From: Candidatus Colimorpha merdihippi
GTDB taxonomy: Bacteria > Bacteroidota > Bacteroidia > Bacteroidales > P3
DNA length: 53,691 nucleotides
Assembly: GCA_018066145.1 (NCBI GenBank)
Contig: JAGHRY010000035.1
Span: forward strand, 1 to 53,691
Direction of reading: 5' to 3'
The translations under genes were made by a program, and so were the position numbers. Positions 16,940 to 27,001 of the stretch are shown piece after piece. The notes under the pieces were generated by a model. That model ran no database searches, was not told where the DNA came from, and worked only from the letters and a program-made list of their open reading frames with translations. Numbering within the stretch: position 1 is the first letter of the stretch; every line of letters starts with the position of its first letter.

Positions 16940-18543
16940 TAGATTGGTTCCTCCTCGTACTCATTGATTTCTTCCCAAGCTTGGAAGTAAAACTCTCCTG
17001 AAATCTGGTCAAATAACAGTGGGCCTCTCATAACCTCATCTTCAACGCCTTTGAGATGGAGCCTAAAGAATAGCGCCTTGCCAGAGTTCATCTGTTTTAT
17101 CAGCTCGTTATAGGTATGGTAGAACTCGTAGGTATCATTTTTGTCATCCCAAGTAACCTCGGTCCAGAAGAGAATATTCTCGTCATTATCGTCAATCAAG
17201 GTAGGCTTGAAGTTATGACCGCCGACGAATTCATTTTCATACCAATGGGGACGTGCCCAGATGTCAGCGTAGACTTTAACCTGAACCAAATCGGTGTCAA
17301 CCGGAATCCTATGGATAGCGGTGTTGTCAAAGGAAATCTCGAAGGCGCCATCATCCTTGGCAACCGTGAAGTCTGCAAAGGTGCTGGAGACTTCAACGTT
17401 GTACAGCTCAGCCTTCAACGGGCGACCATTGAGGGTGATGGTGTAAGCGAAGGAGCCGTCAAGCCAATCGAACAGACCTGGGTCATTCTCAACTACGCGG
17501 CACACATAGTCCATAGGAGTGACCACGTAACCCTTGCCATACCAGTCCTCGACTACAGACCAAGGGCCGCCCTCTTCTGCAATCACGGGCTCGATACCGC
17601 GAACATAAAGGTCGTTAACCGGGTCCATGCTCTCATCCCAGTCGGACACACAGAAGGCGGTGCCAATTGGGGTGTCATCAAACGGTGGCAGATCGGTAAT
17701 CTTATAGACGCCAGGCTGGAGGTCGAAGGAGAAACCGTCGCGACCAGGAGGGCCAACAGGTCCTGGATCGCCAGGGAAACCGCGAGGTCCCGGGATTCCC
17801 GGGTCACCCTTCTTACCAGGTTCGCCCTTGAGTCCTTTAGGTCCGATGGCACCATCATTAATGCGGGCAATCTGGACACCGTCTGCGTACAGTGTAGAGA
17901 CATTGCCATCCTTGTCACCAGTAATCACCGGACTGCGGCCCGGTTCACCGGGGTCACCCTTCGGTCCCTGGGCTACAACGCCGGTGTCAATGCCGTCTAC
18001 ATACCAGTGACCGTCAGTGCCCATGGTGGGGACAGGCATCGGGATAAACGTGCGTGCAGTGAAGACAACAGAGCGAACACCGCCAATGACCTCTACGGCC
18101 TCGACGGTACCAAATACCATGTAGTCAATACCGAGTTCCTGGATGTGTGTGAACACGACGTCATTCGGGCGAACAGCTGGCTTGCTAGGCCAACGGCTCT
18201 GATTATAGATACGGAGGTCAGCTTCAGGTACAACATAGGTATCATCATGGCTGCGGGTAAGAGGTGTATCCTGAAGGTAGATGCGGGAACCGGCTTCGGG
18301 CTCGCTGATAATTAGCGGGTACTCGTGCACGGAACCACCTTGGCGAACCTTAACTACATTGTCTTCAACAGAGATAACACCTGCTGAGAGGTTACTAGAC
18401 TCCCAGATAACCTTATCAGTAATGTCATCCTTGAGAGCGAACCTAAACTCACCGTTGGAATCCACCAGGGTTACTGGGTAAACACCTCGACCACGAGGCC
18501 CAGTACCAACAGTGGAGATCAAGGGAAGTTCCATTGGAATCAT
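16939..18543 (-). CDS. Tail fibre protein with collagen-like Gly-X-Y tract (534 aa)
   Basis: RBS AAAGGA. Contains GPKGDPGEPG and GPKGLKGEPGKKGDPGIPGPRGFPGDPGPVGPPGRDG, encoded at about 17745-17975. Confidence 0.7.
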   Translation of the reverse strand: MIPMELPLISTVGTGPRGRGVYPVTLVDSNGEFRFALKDDITDKVIWESSNLSAGVISVEDNVVKVRQGGSVHEYPLIISEPEAGSRIYLQDTPLTRSHDDTYVVPEADLRIYNQSRWPSKPAVRPNDVVFTHIQELGIDYMVFGTVEAVEVIGGVRSVVFTARTFIPMPVPTMGTDGHWYVDGIDTGVVAQGPKGDPGEPGRSPVITGDKDGNVSTLYADGVQIARINDGAIGPKGLKGEPGKKGDPGIPGPRGFPGDPGPVGPPGRDGFSFDLQPGVYKITDLPPFDDTPIGTAFCVSDWDESMDPVNDLYVRGIEPVIAEEGGPWSVVEDWYGKGYVVTPMDYVCRVVENDPGLFDWLDGSFAYTITLNGRPLKAELYNVEVSSTFADFTVAKDDGAFEISFDNTAIHRIPVDTDLVQVKVYADIWARPHWYENEFVGGHNFKPTLIDDNDENILFWTEVTWDDKNDTYEFYHTYNELIKQMNSGKALFFRLHLKGVEDEVMRGPLLFDQISGEFYFQAWEEINEYEEEPI

Positions 18544-18555
18544 GTGGTATCCTTT

Positions 18556-19365
18556 CTATTCAAGTCTTGGTGCAACCTTCCAGTTGCCGCTTTGGTAGTA
18601 GAAGACTGTTGAACCGGATGTGTCACCATCTCGATTCTTGTCATCACGCCATGCGCTATTGTGCATAGATTGATGTCCATGGTCTTGGGAGTTACATGCA
18701 CGCCATGTGTTACCCTTCTTGATTGCCCATGGGAAATAGTCGTGTAACGGTGCTGTTCCCCTAAAAAGAATCCTTACAGAACTAGCTGTACCAGGGTCGG
18801 TAACAGGATAGTAGGAACCGCCAAGCATATACAGGTAGCCGTCGCCGGTTGCTTCGTCCCAATTGAACATATTAATGTCACCGATACGGAACAAATTGTA
18901 ATCACGTGGATTTACGTCTGCACCAACCGGAGGCTTGCTTGCCCCACCGGGAACCCAAGTCCCAGGTGGGTAACCATGATCTGTGTCAACTACTGCGCTA
19001 GACCAGTCCCAAGAGAATGCACCAGAGCCGCCATGTTGGAACATGAAGCCAGCGAGCTTAGTTTGAGACGGAGCTGTGTCACTGGTTGTCCAAGTAAACG
19101 CATCCTTGTTGAACGCCCAGAAGGACGGGAACGTGCGGCCAATTAGCGAACTACCGGAAAGATTGAAGTCGCTTTTGAATCCTGCATAGACTCCAAGAGG
19201 CTGTCCTTCTGCTTCCTCAAAGGTAGCAAGAACTACGTTACCATGAACGTAAGCATAGTAGTGAGCCAGGGTATAACCTGGGAACACGTAACAAGACTGA
19301 GCCCCCGAGCCACCGCCCGGGGAACCACTCTCAATGTAACTTTCAACGGCGCCACAACAAATCAT
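18556..19365 (-). CDS. Tail-associated protein (269 aa)
   Basis: RBS AGGAGG; sits within the fibre module. No motif recognised. Confidence 0.6.
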   Translation of the reverse strand: MICCGAVESYIESGSPGGGSGAQSCYVFPGYTLAHYYAYVHGNVVLATFEEAEGQPLGVYAGFKSDFNLSGSSLIGRTFPSFWAFNKDAFTWTTSDTAPSQTKLAGFMFQHGGSGAFSWDWSSAVVDTDHGYPPGTWVPGGASKPPVGADVNPRDYNLFRIGDINMFNWDEATGDGYLYMLGGSYYPVTDPGTASSVRILFRGTAPLHDYFPWAIKKGNTWRACNSQDHGHQSMHNSAWRDDKNRDGDTSGSTVFYYQSGNWKVAPRLE

Positions 19366-19375
19366 AGGACACCTC

Positions 19376-20671
19376 CTAGACAGTCTTGATGTCGTTGTCG
19401 CTCAGGCTACGGCTACGCAGAGCATTGCTGTAGGTAGAGCCACTCGGGCTTGCCGTGCCACTGAAGATGTTAATGTCAGCAACAGGAATCTTGTTAGCGT
19501 TGGGCCAAGTAATGGAGCCATCAGCATTAATAGTGCCGCCGCCGAATATCTTGTTAACGATAGCTTGCAGCGTTGCGGCATCCTTGCCAAGCTGTGTCTC
19601 AATAGCATCAGCCCTTGCATCCATGTTGTTGTTAGCATTGCGCTCAGCAAGCTCGGCCTTAGCATCAATGTACTGCTGGATGTTGTAAACCTTGCGGTCC
19701 TCAGCAGGCTCGCCGGTTACTCGGTCAGCAGGAAGATTGATGGTGAAGTAGTTGTTACCGCCGGTACCAAAGGAGCCATCAGGATTCTGGTAGAAGCCAG
19801 AGTCGTCAGTGAGCTCGTCCAGCCACTTGTAGATTGTGTTCCTCGGGCCGGTACCACCGTCTCCAACAAGCTGACCAGATGGGAAACCCATGTCCCTATG
19901 GATGTGGCTGTTCAGGTCGTCAATGTAATCCTTCAGGTTGTCAGCTTGGATGCCGTCACCAACGATTACGTTGTGCACATTGTTAATGATGTCCCTGATT
20001 TGCTGCTCAGTCAGTCCTAAAACTTTAGCAAAGTCATCAATGTTGGGAGCGTCAATGTCGCCGCCGATACCATAGTCCAAGGCGACTGCATAGGGCTCAT
20101 AGGGCCCAGGAGCGTTCAGTTCGTCACGGTCCCAGTCGGATGGGTAAATTGTCTTCTCCTGGTAAGCATGGGCCTCAGCTTCGCTGTGAGCGCCCCACAG
20201 GGCCTCATCCCATTCCTCCTGCGTCTTCTTAAGGAAGAAGGTGGACAGACCTACTCCGATGATATGGTCAACGTCAGCGATGCCGTCGTCGTCTGCGTCC
20301 CAGATATAGGGAATAGCAGGGGTCGTCCACTCCCACTCAGGCTGACCCGGGCGGTCCAGAGCGAACGTAATAGTGAACGTCTGGGGAATGGTGTACGGCC
20401 TCAGGTGGTACTGGTACTTCAGCTTGCCACCAGAGATGTTCTCACTAATCCAGTCAGTAGTCCAGGTGCCATCCAGGGAGTTATACTCCTTGCCGACCAG
20501 ATGGAACTCAGACTCGGTTGACGTACCGGGCTCCACTCGGTAGCTGTTGCCCTTGACACCGATTCCAACCGGGGAAATCAGAGGCAGCTGGTCGTGGCAC
20601 ATAGGCGCCGGGGGGAACGGATTGGGATGATTATGGTCAGTTAAGGGGGTATAAGTTGCGTTTTCGTTCAT
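19376..20671 (-). CDS. Tail fibre/spike protein (431 aa)
   Basis: RBS AAGGGG. The N-terminal LPLISPVGIGVKG motif is shared with the 534-aa fibre (LPLISTVGTGPRG). Confidence 0.6.
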   Translation of the reverse strand: MNENATYTPLTDHNHPNPFPPAPMCHDQLPLISPVGIGVKGNSYRVEPGTSTESEFHLVGKEYNSLDGTWTTDWISENISGGKLKYQYHLRPYTIPQTFTITFALDRPGQPEWEWTTPAIPYIWDADDDGIADVDHIIGVGLSTFFLKKTQEEWDEALWGAHSEAEAHAYQEKTIYPSDWDRDELNAPGPYEPYAVALDYGIGGDIDAPNIDDFAKVLGLTEQQIRDIINNVHNVIVGDGIQADNLKDYIDDLNSHIHRDMGFPSGQLVGDGGTGPRNTIYKWLDELTDDSGFYQNPDGSFGTGGNNYFTINLPADRVTGEPAEDRKVYNIQQYIDAKAELAERNANNNMDARADAIETQLGKDAATLQAIVNKIFGGGTINADGSITWPNANKIPVADINIFSGTASPSGSTYSNALRSRSLSDNDIKTV

Positions 20672-20685
20672 TTTGCACCCCTTAA

Positions 20686-21240
20686 CTAGCCAATTGGCGC
20701 CGGTAGAATATTGACTTCAAAGACGCCCAAGGTGTCAGTACGGTAGGCAGAGCTGACCCTAATTGCTGCATGGCACTTAATGAGCTCATCTTCTGCGTCT
20801 GCACACTGGGCGCTAATCTGTACCCTGACAATCCAGTCATCCTTTTCGTCAATACTAGCGCTCATGGTTAAACCTTCGGGCGCATCAAGAATACTGACGG
20901 AAGCCTCAGTGTAGCCTTCCGCACGCAGCTGAATAGGCACGATCTTGATGTCCCTGATTTGCTTGGGGCCATGTTTTGGGACATAACCCTCAACAGGATA
21001 CCCGAAGAACTCTGGCTCCTGGCAGGAACCATCCGGGCGACCAGGCTGTGGCCAACCAAGATGGTCATGCATGTCCCTACAGTGTGAGCCATAGTGTGGC
21101 TTAATCGGTGTCGGGAAATAGTAACATGGGATAGCAAACGAATTCTTGTTGCCATTGGTTACGAGGAGGCGACCGGCTGTGGCCACGTCCTCAATGTCAT
21201 GCTTGTGATGACGGTGGGGTTCATGCTTGCGATAACCCAT
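20686..21240 (-). CDS. Tail-module protein (184 aa)
   Basis: RBS AAGGAGG. His-rich N-terminus. Confidence 0.6.
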   Translation of the reverse strand: MGYRKHEPHRHHKHDIEDVATAGRLLVTNGNKNSFAIPCYYFPTPIKPHYGSHCRDMHDHLGWPQPGRPDGSCQEPEFFGYPVEGYVPKHGPKQIRDIKIVPIQLRAEGYTEASVSILDAPEGLTMSASIDEKDDWIVRVQISAQCADAEDELIKCHAAIRVSSAYRTDTLGVFEVNILPAPIG

Positions 21241-21251
21241 CGGTCACCTCC

Positions 21252-23378
21252 TTAAACAAAGATTGCATCTCTAATACTATTATAATCCACGAAGTACGGA
21301 TGAATGTCATTCTGCTTCCTGTAGCTTTGACGGTCGTCGAAACCGTAAACCAAGCCCTGGCGAGAACTCATCGGGTACACCTTGGACATGAAGTGAGTCA
21401 GGCGGAAACGAGCTTTTCCCTTAAAGCGCAGCTTATAGGACTCGACCTTGGTATCCACGCGCATCCACTCGGTCAGATTATACATGGTATCCTCATGTTC
21501 GATATGCTTGTGGGTAACCAACTTGCGACCAAACTGGTCAATGCAGGTGAGGTCAATGTCCATCTCACCAATGAAGTAATCAAAGTTGAACTCAAGCTGC
21601 GTCAGGTGATGCCAATTCTGCAACGGTTGGGTCGTGCCAAGCTCACCGGACTCAATAAGGAAATCAAAGTTGGCTTCCTTCGTGGGGTCGTCATCCATCA
21701 TAGTAGGCAGCAGGTAGATGTAATTCGTGGTTACAATACCGATGCCCTCTCGATACGTGTCGGCATCAATGTGGATTAGCTTCAAGATGGGCTCGTCGAT
21801 GTCTAACGTGTACGTCCACCACGCCTTCTTGTCGATGTCGTAGCAGAATAGAACGTTATCAACTTCCGTATTCCCAGCACCAAAAGCAAGATAGATAATG
21901 CCGTCCACATCCAGGAGATGGGCGTTCCCCAGGTGATAACCAAACCTAGAAGTGAAAGCAGGTTTAATAGGATCAGATACATAATTAGTCCTAATCTGGG
22001 AGTTGTAGTCCATAGTCAACGTTGTCAATGCTAGACCATATCTACTAACCGCGTAGATGCCATCCTCGCAGACCAAGCCACCATCGTAGGACTTACAGCC
22101 TACCGCACCGGCTACCTGTTCTGCCTGCCAAGATTTCATGCTCTGCTCACTGGAAAGGGAGATAGAGTTCTCAACCAGGTTGAACCTCTGTTCCTTCCTG
22201 GAGTTTTCGCAGTCGGTCAGCATAGTGACAATGTTGTTACCAGACTGGGTCTTATACTTTGTTACTACACGTATACGTAAACCAGAGCCCGGTTCTACGT
22301 CTACGTAACCTCCACCGGTACCAGGACTGATGCTAAACAGGTTTCCGGGATTGCCGCCGATCCAGAGCCTGTCTGGTCGCTCGCCTCCCCAGAAGTAGAA
22401 CCTGCCATCAATCATGGTACAACGGGACGCCGGAACGCCCTCGGTGTAATTAGTGGTAGGCGCAGTCAGGTTAGCCATAGGCCACATGCTAACGTCCGTA
22501 AGGTAGCCTACCCAGTTGAAACGGTAAGCGCCGCCCTGTCCGGTACCAAAGTCGTACCTGGTTGCGAACTGCAATGAGCTTGCATTGTCCACAACGTAGT
22601 ACAGTTCCAAGGCAAGGATGTCGAGGTTGGTGGGCGCATTGCCGGTTAGCTGTAGGCAACAGCCCGCGTGCCATTCGGATACCGGGGTGTTTGCATAGAT
22701 TACGTACTGGTCGGAGACTGCCGTGGGACCAAACTTGTTCACATAGGTGTAAGCCAGGCCGATACGGTAGGGGCAAGCCTCGGTCAGCGTAGAGCTGATA
22801 ACCAGTGTTCCCTTTGCTATCACGTTTTCGCTGGTCAGCGGGCTGGGATTTGGGATTGCTTTAGCGTTGGATACCACATGGGAACCAATAGGTCCAGTCC
22901 ACAGGTGGCGGCTGGAGTCCAAAGCAATCAGTTGGTCATCACCGTATGCCAAGCTGGTAAACAGAGGGTTGGCGCCCAGGCTTGCCTTGTCTACGACATG
23001 CACTGCGTTCCAATGGTCGTCACCCAGGTTGGCATACAGGAGCTGGTGGTTAGCTGTGACGGCATACAATTCGTCGCCAACAAGCAAAGAGGTCCCAGTG
23101 AAGTCATCTCCAGCAGGGGCCTCGAATAAGGTTTCTATGTTGTTCCTGGTTTCAATCGTGTTGTTGCTGGTGATGGCACAGTTGTTCTGGAGAACCATGA
23201 AGTTCTGCATTAGGTCAGACTGTTCATGTTCCTCGAAGTACAAGTCTGCGAACTCACGAGGGGACAACTCGAAGTTGCAACCCTGGAACATCTTGAAGTC
23301 TTGGATGCGAGGCTCGGAGGAAGACTTGCGTCCTCCCCCGGCTGCCGGTTGCTTCTTGTTAGTTTGCTTCTGTGCCAT
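21252..23378 (-). CDS. Large tail structural protein, nozzle/tube-like (708 aa)
   Basis: The ATG at 23378 overlaps the upstream stop (TAATG), with GGAGG upstream; the listed ORF starts 13 codons earlier. The function is assigned from size and position after the adaptor-like gene only. Confidence 0.5.
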   Translation of the reverse strand: MAQKQTNKKQPAAGGGRKSSSEPRIQDFKMFQGCNFELSPREFADLYFEEHEQSDLMQNFMVLQNNCAITSNNTIETRNNIETLFEAPAGDDFTGTSLLVGDELYAVTANHQLLYANLGDDHWNAVHVVDKASLGANPLFTSLAYGDDQLIALDSSRHLWTGPIGSHVVSNAKAIPNPSPLTSENVIAKGTLVISSTLTEACPYRIGLAYTYVNKFGPTAVSDQYVIYANTPVSEWHAGCCLQLTGNAPTNLDILALELYYVVDNASSLQFATRYDFGTGQGGAYRFNWVGYLTDVSMWPMANLTAPTTNYTEGVPASRCTMIDGRFYFWGGERPDRLWIGGNPGNLFSISPGTGGGYVDVEPGSGLRIRVVTKYKTQSGNNIVTMLTDCENSRKEQRFNLVENSISLSSEQSMKSWQAEQVAGAVGCKSYDGGLVCEDGIYAVSRYGLALTTLTMDYNSQIRTNYVSDPIKPAFTSRFGYHLGNAHLLDVDGIIYLAFGAGNTEVDNVLFCYDIDKKAWWTYTLDIDEPILKLIHIDADTYREGIGIVTTNYIYLLPTMMDDDPTKEANFDFLIESGELGTTQPLQNWHHLTQLEFNFDYFIGEMDIDLTCIDQFGRKLVTHKHIEHEDTMYNLTEWMRVDTKVESYKLRFKGKARFRLTHFMSKVYPMSSRQGLVYGFDDRQSYRKQNDIHPYFVDYNSIRDAIFV

Positions 23379-24151
23379 TAGTAAACCTCCACGAATCCAA
23401 GAGGAGCGGTGTCCCAATAGTCGGGAACATTGTGGGCACTATCGTCCTCACGATAGGCGGATAGAATCTGCTTGGCTTCATCAGTCAAGGACTGAACCCG
23501 GTCCACTACCGAAGGGTCACCCTCAGCGCGCTTAGCTGCCGTCCGGGTAATCATCCAGTGAATATCGGGCAGCTCGGTCAGTACCTTCTGCTCGTAAGCC
23601 AAGGGGCAATGGTCGTCGCAGTCATCGTCACAAATGTGCAATGGTTCCATCCAGCGGATAACATCGGTCTCAAGCAGACCATGCTCCCACTTGTAGAACG
23701 GGCGCTTAAAGGCCAGCGTGTCGCCGACAACAAACGCTTGCTGCTCGGTGTTCACAGTGTTGTACTCACCGTTGGGTGCATACATCTGGCGCTGGAAGCG
23801 GTTGCCCTGGCGAGGAGATGTGAACGGAATCTGCTGCACATGGCCATGGCGATGAAGCCTAACGGCGTCACCATATCCCGTGCACAGCTTGTACACATCT
23901 TCGGGAATCCGGTACTCATGTTCGCCACCGCGAATCATGTCGATTTCCCAACGCTCACGCAACCAGTTCCAATCCTGTGCCCTCTGGAGTTCAGCCAGGC
24001 ACAGGTTGGCTTCCATTACGATTTCCTTAAACTTGTCGCTCTTGGAGTGGAAGGCACCCTCTGCGCCCTGCTCAGTATCAAGGCGAACCTTGTAGATGGA
24101 ATAGAGCACCTGCTGCACGAAGTCTGCGATTGTGATACCACGGTTCGGCAT
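23378..24151 (-). CDS. Head-tail adaptor-like protein (257 aa)
   Basis: RBS AGGAGG. The function is guessed from its position between the capsid and tail genes. Confidence 0.4.
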   Translation of the reverse strand: MPNRGITIADFVQQVLYSIYKVRLDTEQGAEGAFHSKSDKFKEIVMEANLCLAELQRAQDWNWLRERWEIDMIRGGEHEYRIPEDVYKLCTGYGDAVRLHRHGHVQQIPFTSPRQGNRFQRQMYAPNGEYNTVNTEQQAFVVGDTLAFKRPFYKWEHGLLETDVIRWMEPLHICDDDCDDHCPLAYEQKVLTELPDIHWMITRTAAKRAEGDPSVVDRVQSLTDEAKQILSAYREDDSAHNVPDYWDTAPLGFVEVY

Positions 24152-24166
24152 GGTGCACCTCCTATA

Positions 24167-24310
24167 CTAGCACTTGCCCTTTCCACACTTCTTCTTTGCG
24201 TTCTTCTGAGCTTCCTTGAAGCCGCCCTTCTTGGAGCCCTTCTCTTCGGGGGCACCCTTCTCTTCCGGAGCACCCTTCTTCTGGAACGGCTTTGCATCCT
24301 TAAATGCCAT
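24167..24310 (-). CDS. Lys-rich 47-aa protein (not in the ORF track)
   Basis: Sequence MAFKDAKPFQKKGAPEEKGAPEEKGSKKGGFKEAQKNAKKKCGKGKC. TAATG coupling to the upstream gene, with GGAAAGAGG upstream. It fills the 24152-24309 gap. Confidence 0.55.
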   Translation of the reverse strand: MAFKDAKPFQKKGAPEEKGAPEEKGSKKGGFKEAQKNAKKKCGKGKC

Positions 24311-25032
24311 TACATGTACCTCTTTCCTTGGTTGTAGGAATTAATCAATTGATTGAAGTAGCTGCTGTTGCCACGGGCTGTGTTAGCCGGTGCCTCACGG
24401 CGAGCATTGTTCCTGGAGTTCTCCGGCATGATGTAACCGGATAGCTCTGCGTAATTCTCAGGAACCCTGTTGGCTTCTGCGAAACCGTTGGAACCAAAGT
24501 TGGAATCTCCCTCGCCCGGCTTCTGGTACAGGTTCGGGTTGATGTTGTTCAAATTGGCTGCCATATCACCTTCAAGGCCACGAAGCGTGTACTCGGCGTT
24601 AATGGCTGCGTCATTCTTGTTCACGTTGTTCTGGTTCACTGACTCCTGATAGGCGTTCTCTACGGCATCCTGATTGACCTGGTGCTGAGTCCAATAGTTG
24701 ACATTGTCGTTGTCTACTCGGTCATCAAGCATGTCAATCATGTTGGTAGTACCGCTGCCGTTCATTGCCTGGCCCATGGTACCAAGGACGCCCTGTGCGG
24801 CGTTCTGAAGGGAACGCATAGCCTGGAACCTGTCGGCCTCAGTCTTGCGGGAGTTCTGCTTCTTCTCGGTGTCAGCCAGTGCACGGTTCTGCCTATTGGA
24901 GTAATCGTAGTTGCCAATGAGCTGATTGTACTGATTCTTGGTAGACTGGGCAGCATAGTTGCCTAGCTCTTTCTGATGGTCAGCGGCGAGCTGCTCTCGC
25001 GTGGTGACCTCAGCCTCATCGTAGTCAGCCAT
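24310..25032 (-). CDS. Asn/Gln-rich head-module protein (240 aa)
   Basis: RBS GGAAGGAG. First gene after the capsid-gene terminator. Confidence 0.65.
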   Translation of the reverse strand: MADYDEAEVTTREQLAADHQKELGNYAAQSTKNQYNQLIGNYDYSNRQNRALADTEKKQNSRKTEADRFQAMRSLQNAAQGVLGTMGQAMNGSGTTNMIDMLDDRVDNDNVNYWTQHQVNQDAVENAYQESVNQNNVNKNDAAINAEYTLRGLEGDMAANLNNINPNLYQKPGEGDSNFGSNGFAEANRVPENYAELSGYIMPENSRNNARREAPANTARGNSSYFNQLINSYNQGKRYM

Positions 25033-25050
25033 GTCACTCCTTCCTATAAC

Positions 25051-25083
25051 AAAAAGGGCCCAGCCTGAAGCCAGGCCAGGCCC
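25051..25083 (-). terminator. Rho-independent terminator after the capsid gene
   Basis: On the minus strand: stem GGGCC..GCCTG-loop-CAGGC..GGCCC (5+5 bp with an internal loop), followed by TTTTT. Confidence 0.65.
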
Positions 25084-25134
25084 TATTGTTTACTTCGCTA
25101 TTTCCCAAAAATGCGATTTTTGCGAAATTGGGAA

Positions 25135-26928
25135 CTAGGGGCGTGCAGTAACGGTTACTGCAACGGTGTCGGTCTTGGTCGGGTCCATAGTGGACGTGAC
25201 GGTAATCGTTGCGTCACCCTTACCAACACCAGTGATGATACCGGCGGAATCAACGGTAACAATAGAAGTGTCGCTGGAGATTGCGTTCCAACCCAGGTCG
25301 GGGTCGGTACCAGTAGCAGTGACCTGGACATTCATAATTGCCTGCTGGGAAGCAGTGATGCTCAGGGTTGCCGGGGTAACCTCAAGGCTAACAATCTCGG
25401 GAGCCTCGTACGGGGTGTTGTCAACAATCTCGACCTTCAGAGCCGGCTGGCCGACGTTCTCCTCGCCGTCAACGATAAGCAGAATACCATGAGACAGGTT
25501 CGGGATAACCCATGCGTCATGCTTCATGTCGAAGACCAGCTCGGTGAACTTACCGCGAGTCTTACCGCGATCGGTCTCCATGTAGCCGTACTCCTCACCC
25601 AGCTGAGCAGCCGGACGATAGACAGCCATACCGATGACCTGACGGCGAGTGATTGCACCCTGCGGACCAGTCGGGGTCTTGATACCCTGGCCGGGGTAGC
25701 CCTGCCACGGGAAGTCGTTAATGGAGGTAACCTCCCAGTCGCGCAGGTTCTCAGTCCACTCCTCAGCGTCACCATAGTACGGAGCGCCGGACGGCATAGA
25801 CAGCGCGTAGTTGGTAATCTCATTAACGAAGGTTGCGTTATCGGCGTCATAGTAGGTACCGATGTAGTTGGTTGCACGGACGCGACCAGCAGCTGCCAGC
25901 TCGGTCTGGAGCTTCAGGACGCCATCAGGTGCCTGGATGGAGTTCAGCATTGCGTCATAAGCACCAGTGCCAAGAGCGTCATGGACGACGTTGTTGTTAG
26001 CGTCCAGGTAAACCTTGGGATAATACTGGGACGGAATGGAGAAGTCAAAGTCCCAACCATAGAAGCGCTCGAAGCGGCCTTCACGCAGGTCGTCATAAGC
26101 CTTATCGGTTGCCGGAGCGGAGCCCGGAATACCAATCAGGTTGCTCAGCAGGTCATCCTTGTAAGCCTTGTCCAGCAGGATAACACGATTATCCTCGGGG
26201 ATGAACAGGTTGGTCCAAGCGACGTCAATAGCGTTCAGCAGCGGGCGAACATTCAGAGAATCCCACTCAACAGCCTTGATAGGCGCGAACTCAGGCTGGA
26301 AGCTCAGGCCGGCATAAGGACCGGGGGAAGCAATCCACTGGCCTTCGCAGTCAAACATGCGACCCTGGTTAGCATAGGTCTGAACGAAGCGGCCTGCGAT
26401 GTGACCATTAGCGATAGCGAAGAAGTTGTACTTGTCAATGTGGGGGCCAAGAATCTCGGCGTCCCAAATCTTCTTTGCCTTGTTGATGGTCTCGGCGGTA
26501 GACATGTAAGCCTCGCCACCAGTGTAGGCGCCAGACTTGGTTGCGGTACCGAAGTTACCAATGTCGCCTGCATACTGCTTCTCATCGAACACACGCCATG
26601 CGATGGACTTGTGCTGACCAGAAGTGAATACGCGGCGAGTGAAGCGAACGGTCTGGAACGGACCGTAAGCGGATGCACCCCAACCATCGCGGCCATCAGC
26701 GTTGAAGCCGGTGTTGGCTGCGTAGTTGTTCAGACCATTCAGACGACGGTCGTCATAGTCGAAGATGCGGTCGGAAACCAGAATGTCGTCATAAGCATAG
26801 GCTTCCTCGTTGTTAGCGATGTTGACGCCCTTGCCGGTAAAGACGCCAATGGAATAACGAGCAGGCAGGAAACGGTTGTCATTTAGTGCCGCCTTATTCC
26901 AAATCTGAGGGGAAATAGGCATTGCCAT
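25135..26928 (-). CDS. Major capsid protein with C-terminal Big_2 (Ig-like) domain
   Basis: A 597-aa ORF directly after the portal gene. The C-terminal about 80 aa (..WNAISSDTSIVTVDSAGIITGVGKGDATITVTS..) fits the bacterial Ig-like group 2 pattern. It has its own terminator. Confidence 0.65.
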   Translation of the reverse strand: MAMPISPQIWNKAALNDNRFLPARYSIGVFTGKGVNIANNEEAYAYDDILVSDRIFDYDDRRLNGLNNYAANTGFNADGRDGWGASAYGPFQTVRFTRRVFTSGQHKSIAWRVFDEKQYAGDIGNFGTATKSGAYTGGEAYMSTAETINKAKKIWDAEILGPHIDKYNFFAIANGHIAGRFVQTYANQGRMFDCEGQWIASPGPYAGLSFQPEFAPIKAVEWDSLNVRPLLNAIDVAWTNLFIPEDNRVILLDKAYKDDLLSNLIGIPGSAPATDKAYDDLREGRFERFYGWDFDFSIPSQYYPKVYLDANNNVVHDALGTGAYDAMLNSIQAPDGVLKLQTELAAAGRVRATNYIGTYYDADNATFVNEITNYALSMPSGAPYYGDAEEWTENLRDWEVTSINDFPWQGYPGQGIKTPTGPQGAITRRQVIGMAVYRPAAQLGEEYGYMETDRGKTRGKFTELVFDMKHDAWVIPNLSHGILLIVDGEENVGQPALKVEIVDNTPYEAPEIVSLEVTPATLSITASQQAIMNVQVTATGTDPDLGWNAISSDTSIVTVDSAGIITGVGKGDATITVTSTMDPTKTDTVAVTVTARP

Positions 26929-27001
26929 TTTGGATAATCCTTTCTATTAGCCTTGACTTCCGTTTCTGTTTTACGGAGTCTAAAGTTATTATAGCGGAGT
27001 A

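Noticed and set aside
14342-18543. A diversity-generating retroelement acting on the repetitive fibre genes.
   Set aside because: No reverse transcriptase ORF was found anywhere in the window, and no template/variable repeat pair with adenine-specific differences. The repeats are in-frame protein modules.
24016-24297. 93-aa Arg-rich ORF.
   Set aside because: It is the alternate frame of AAG-rich DNA, has no usable RBS spacing, and overlaps the adaptor-like gene by 136 nt. The TAATG-coupled 47-aa Lys-rich frame fits the gap better.
25111-26886. 591-aa plus-strand ORF antisense to the capsid gene. Similar long antisense ORFs are at 15443..16615, 17116..18315, 21300..21779, 22867..23535, 23558..24337, 28235..28966, 39563..40294 and 44624..45622.
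   Set aside because: They have no RBS and low-complexity, Arg/Gly/Val-rich junk-like translations. Each lies fully inside a minus-strand gene that has an RBS, operon coupling and recognisable motifs. They look like the stop-poor antisense frames typical of coding DNA.
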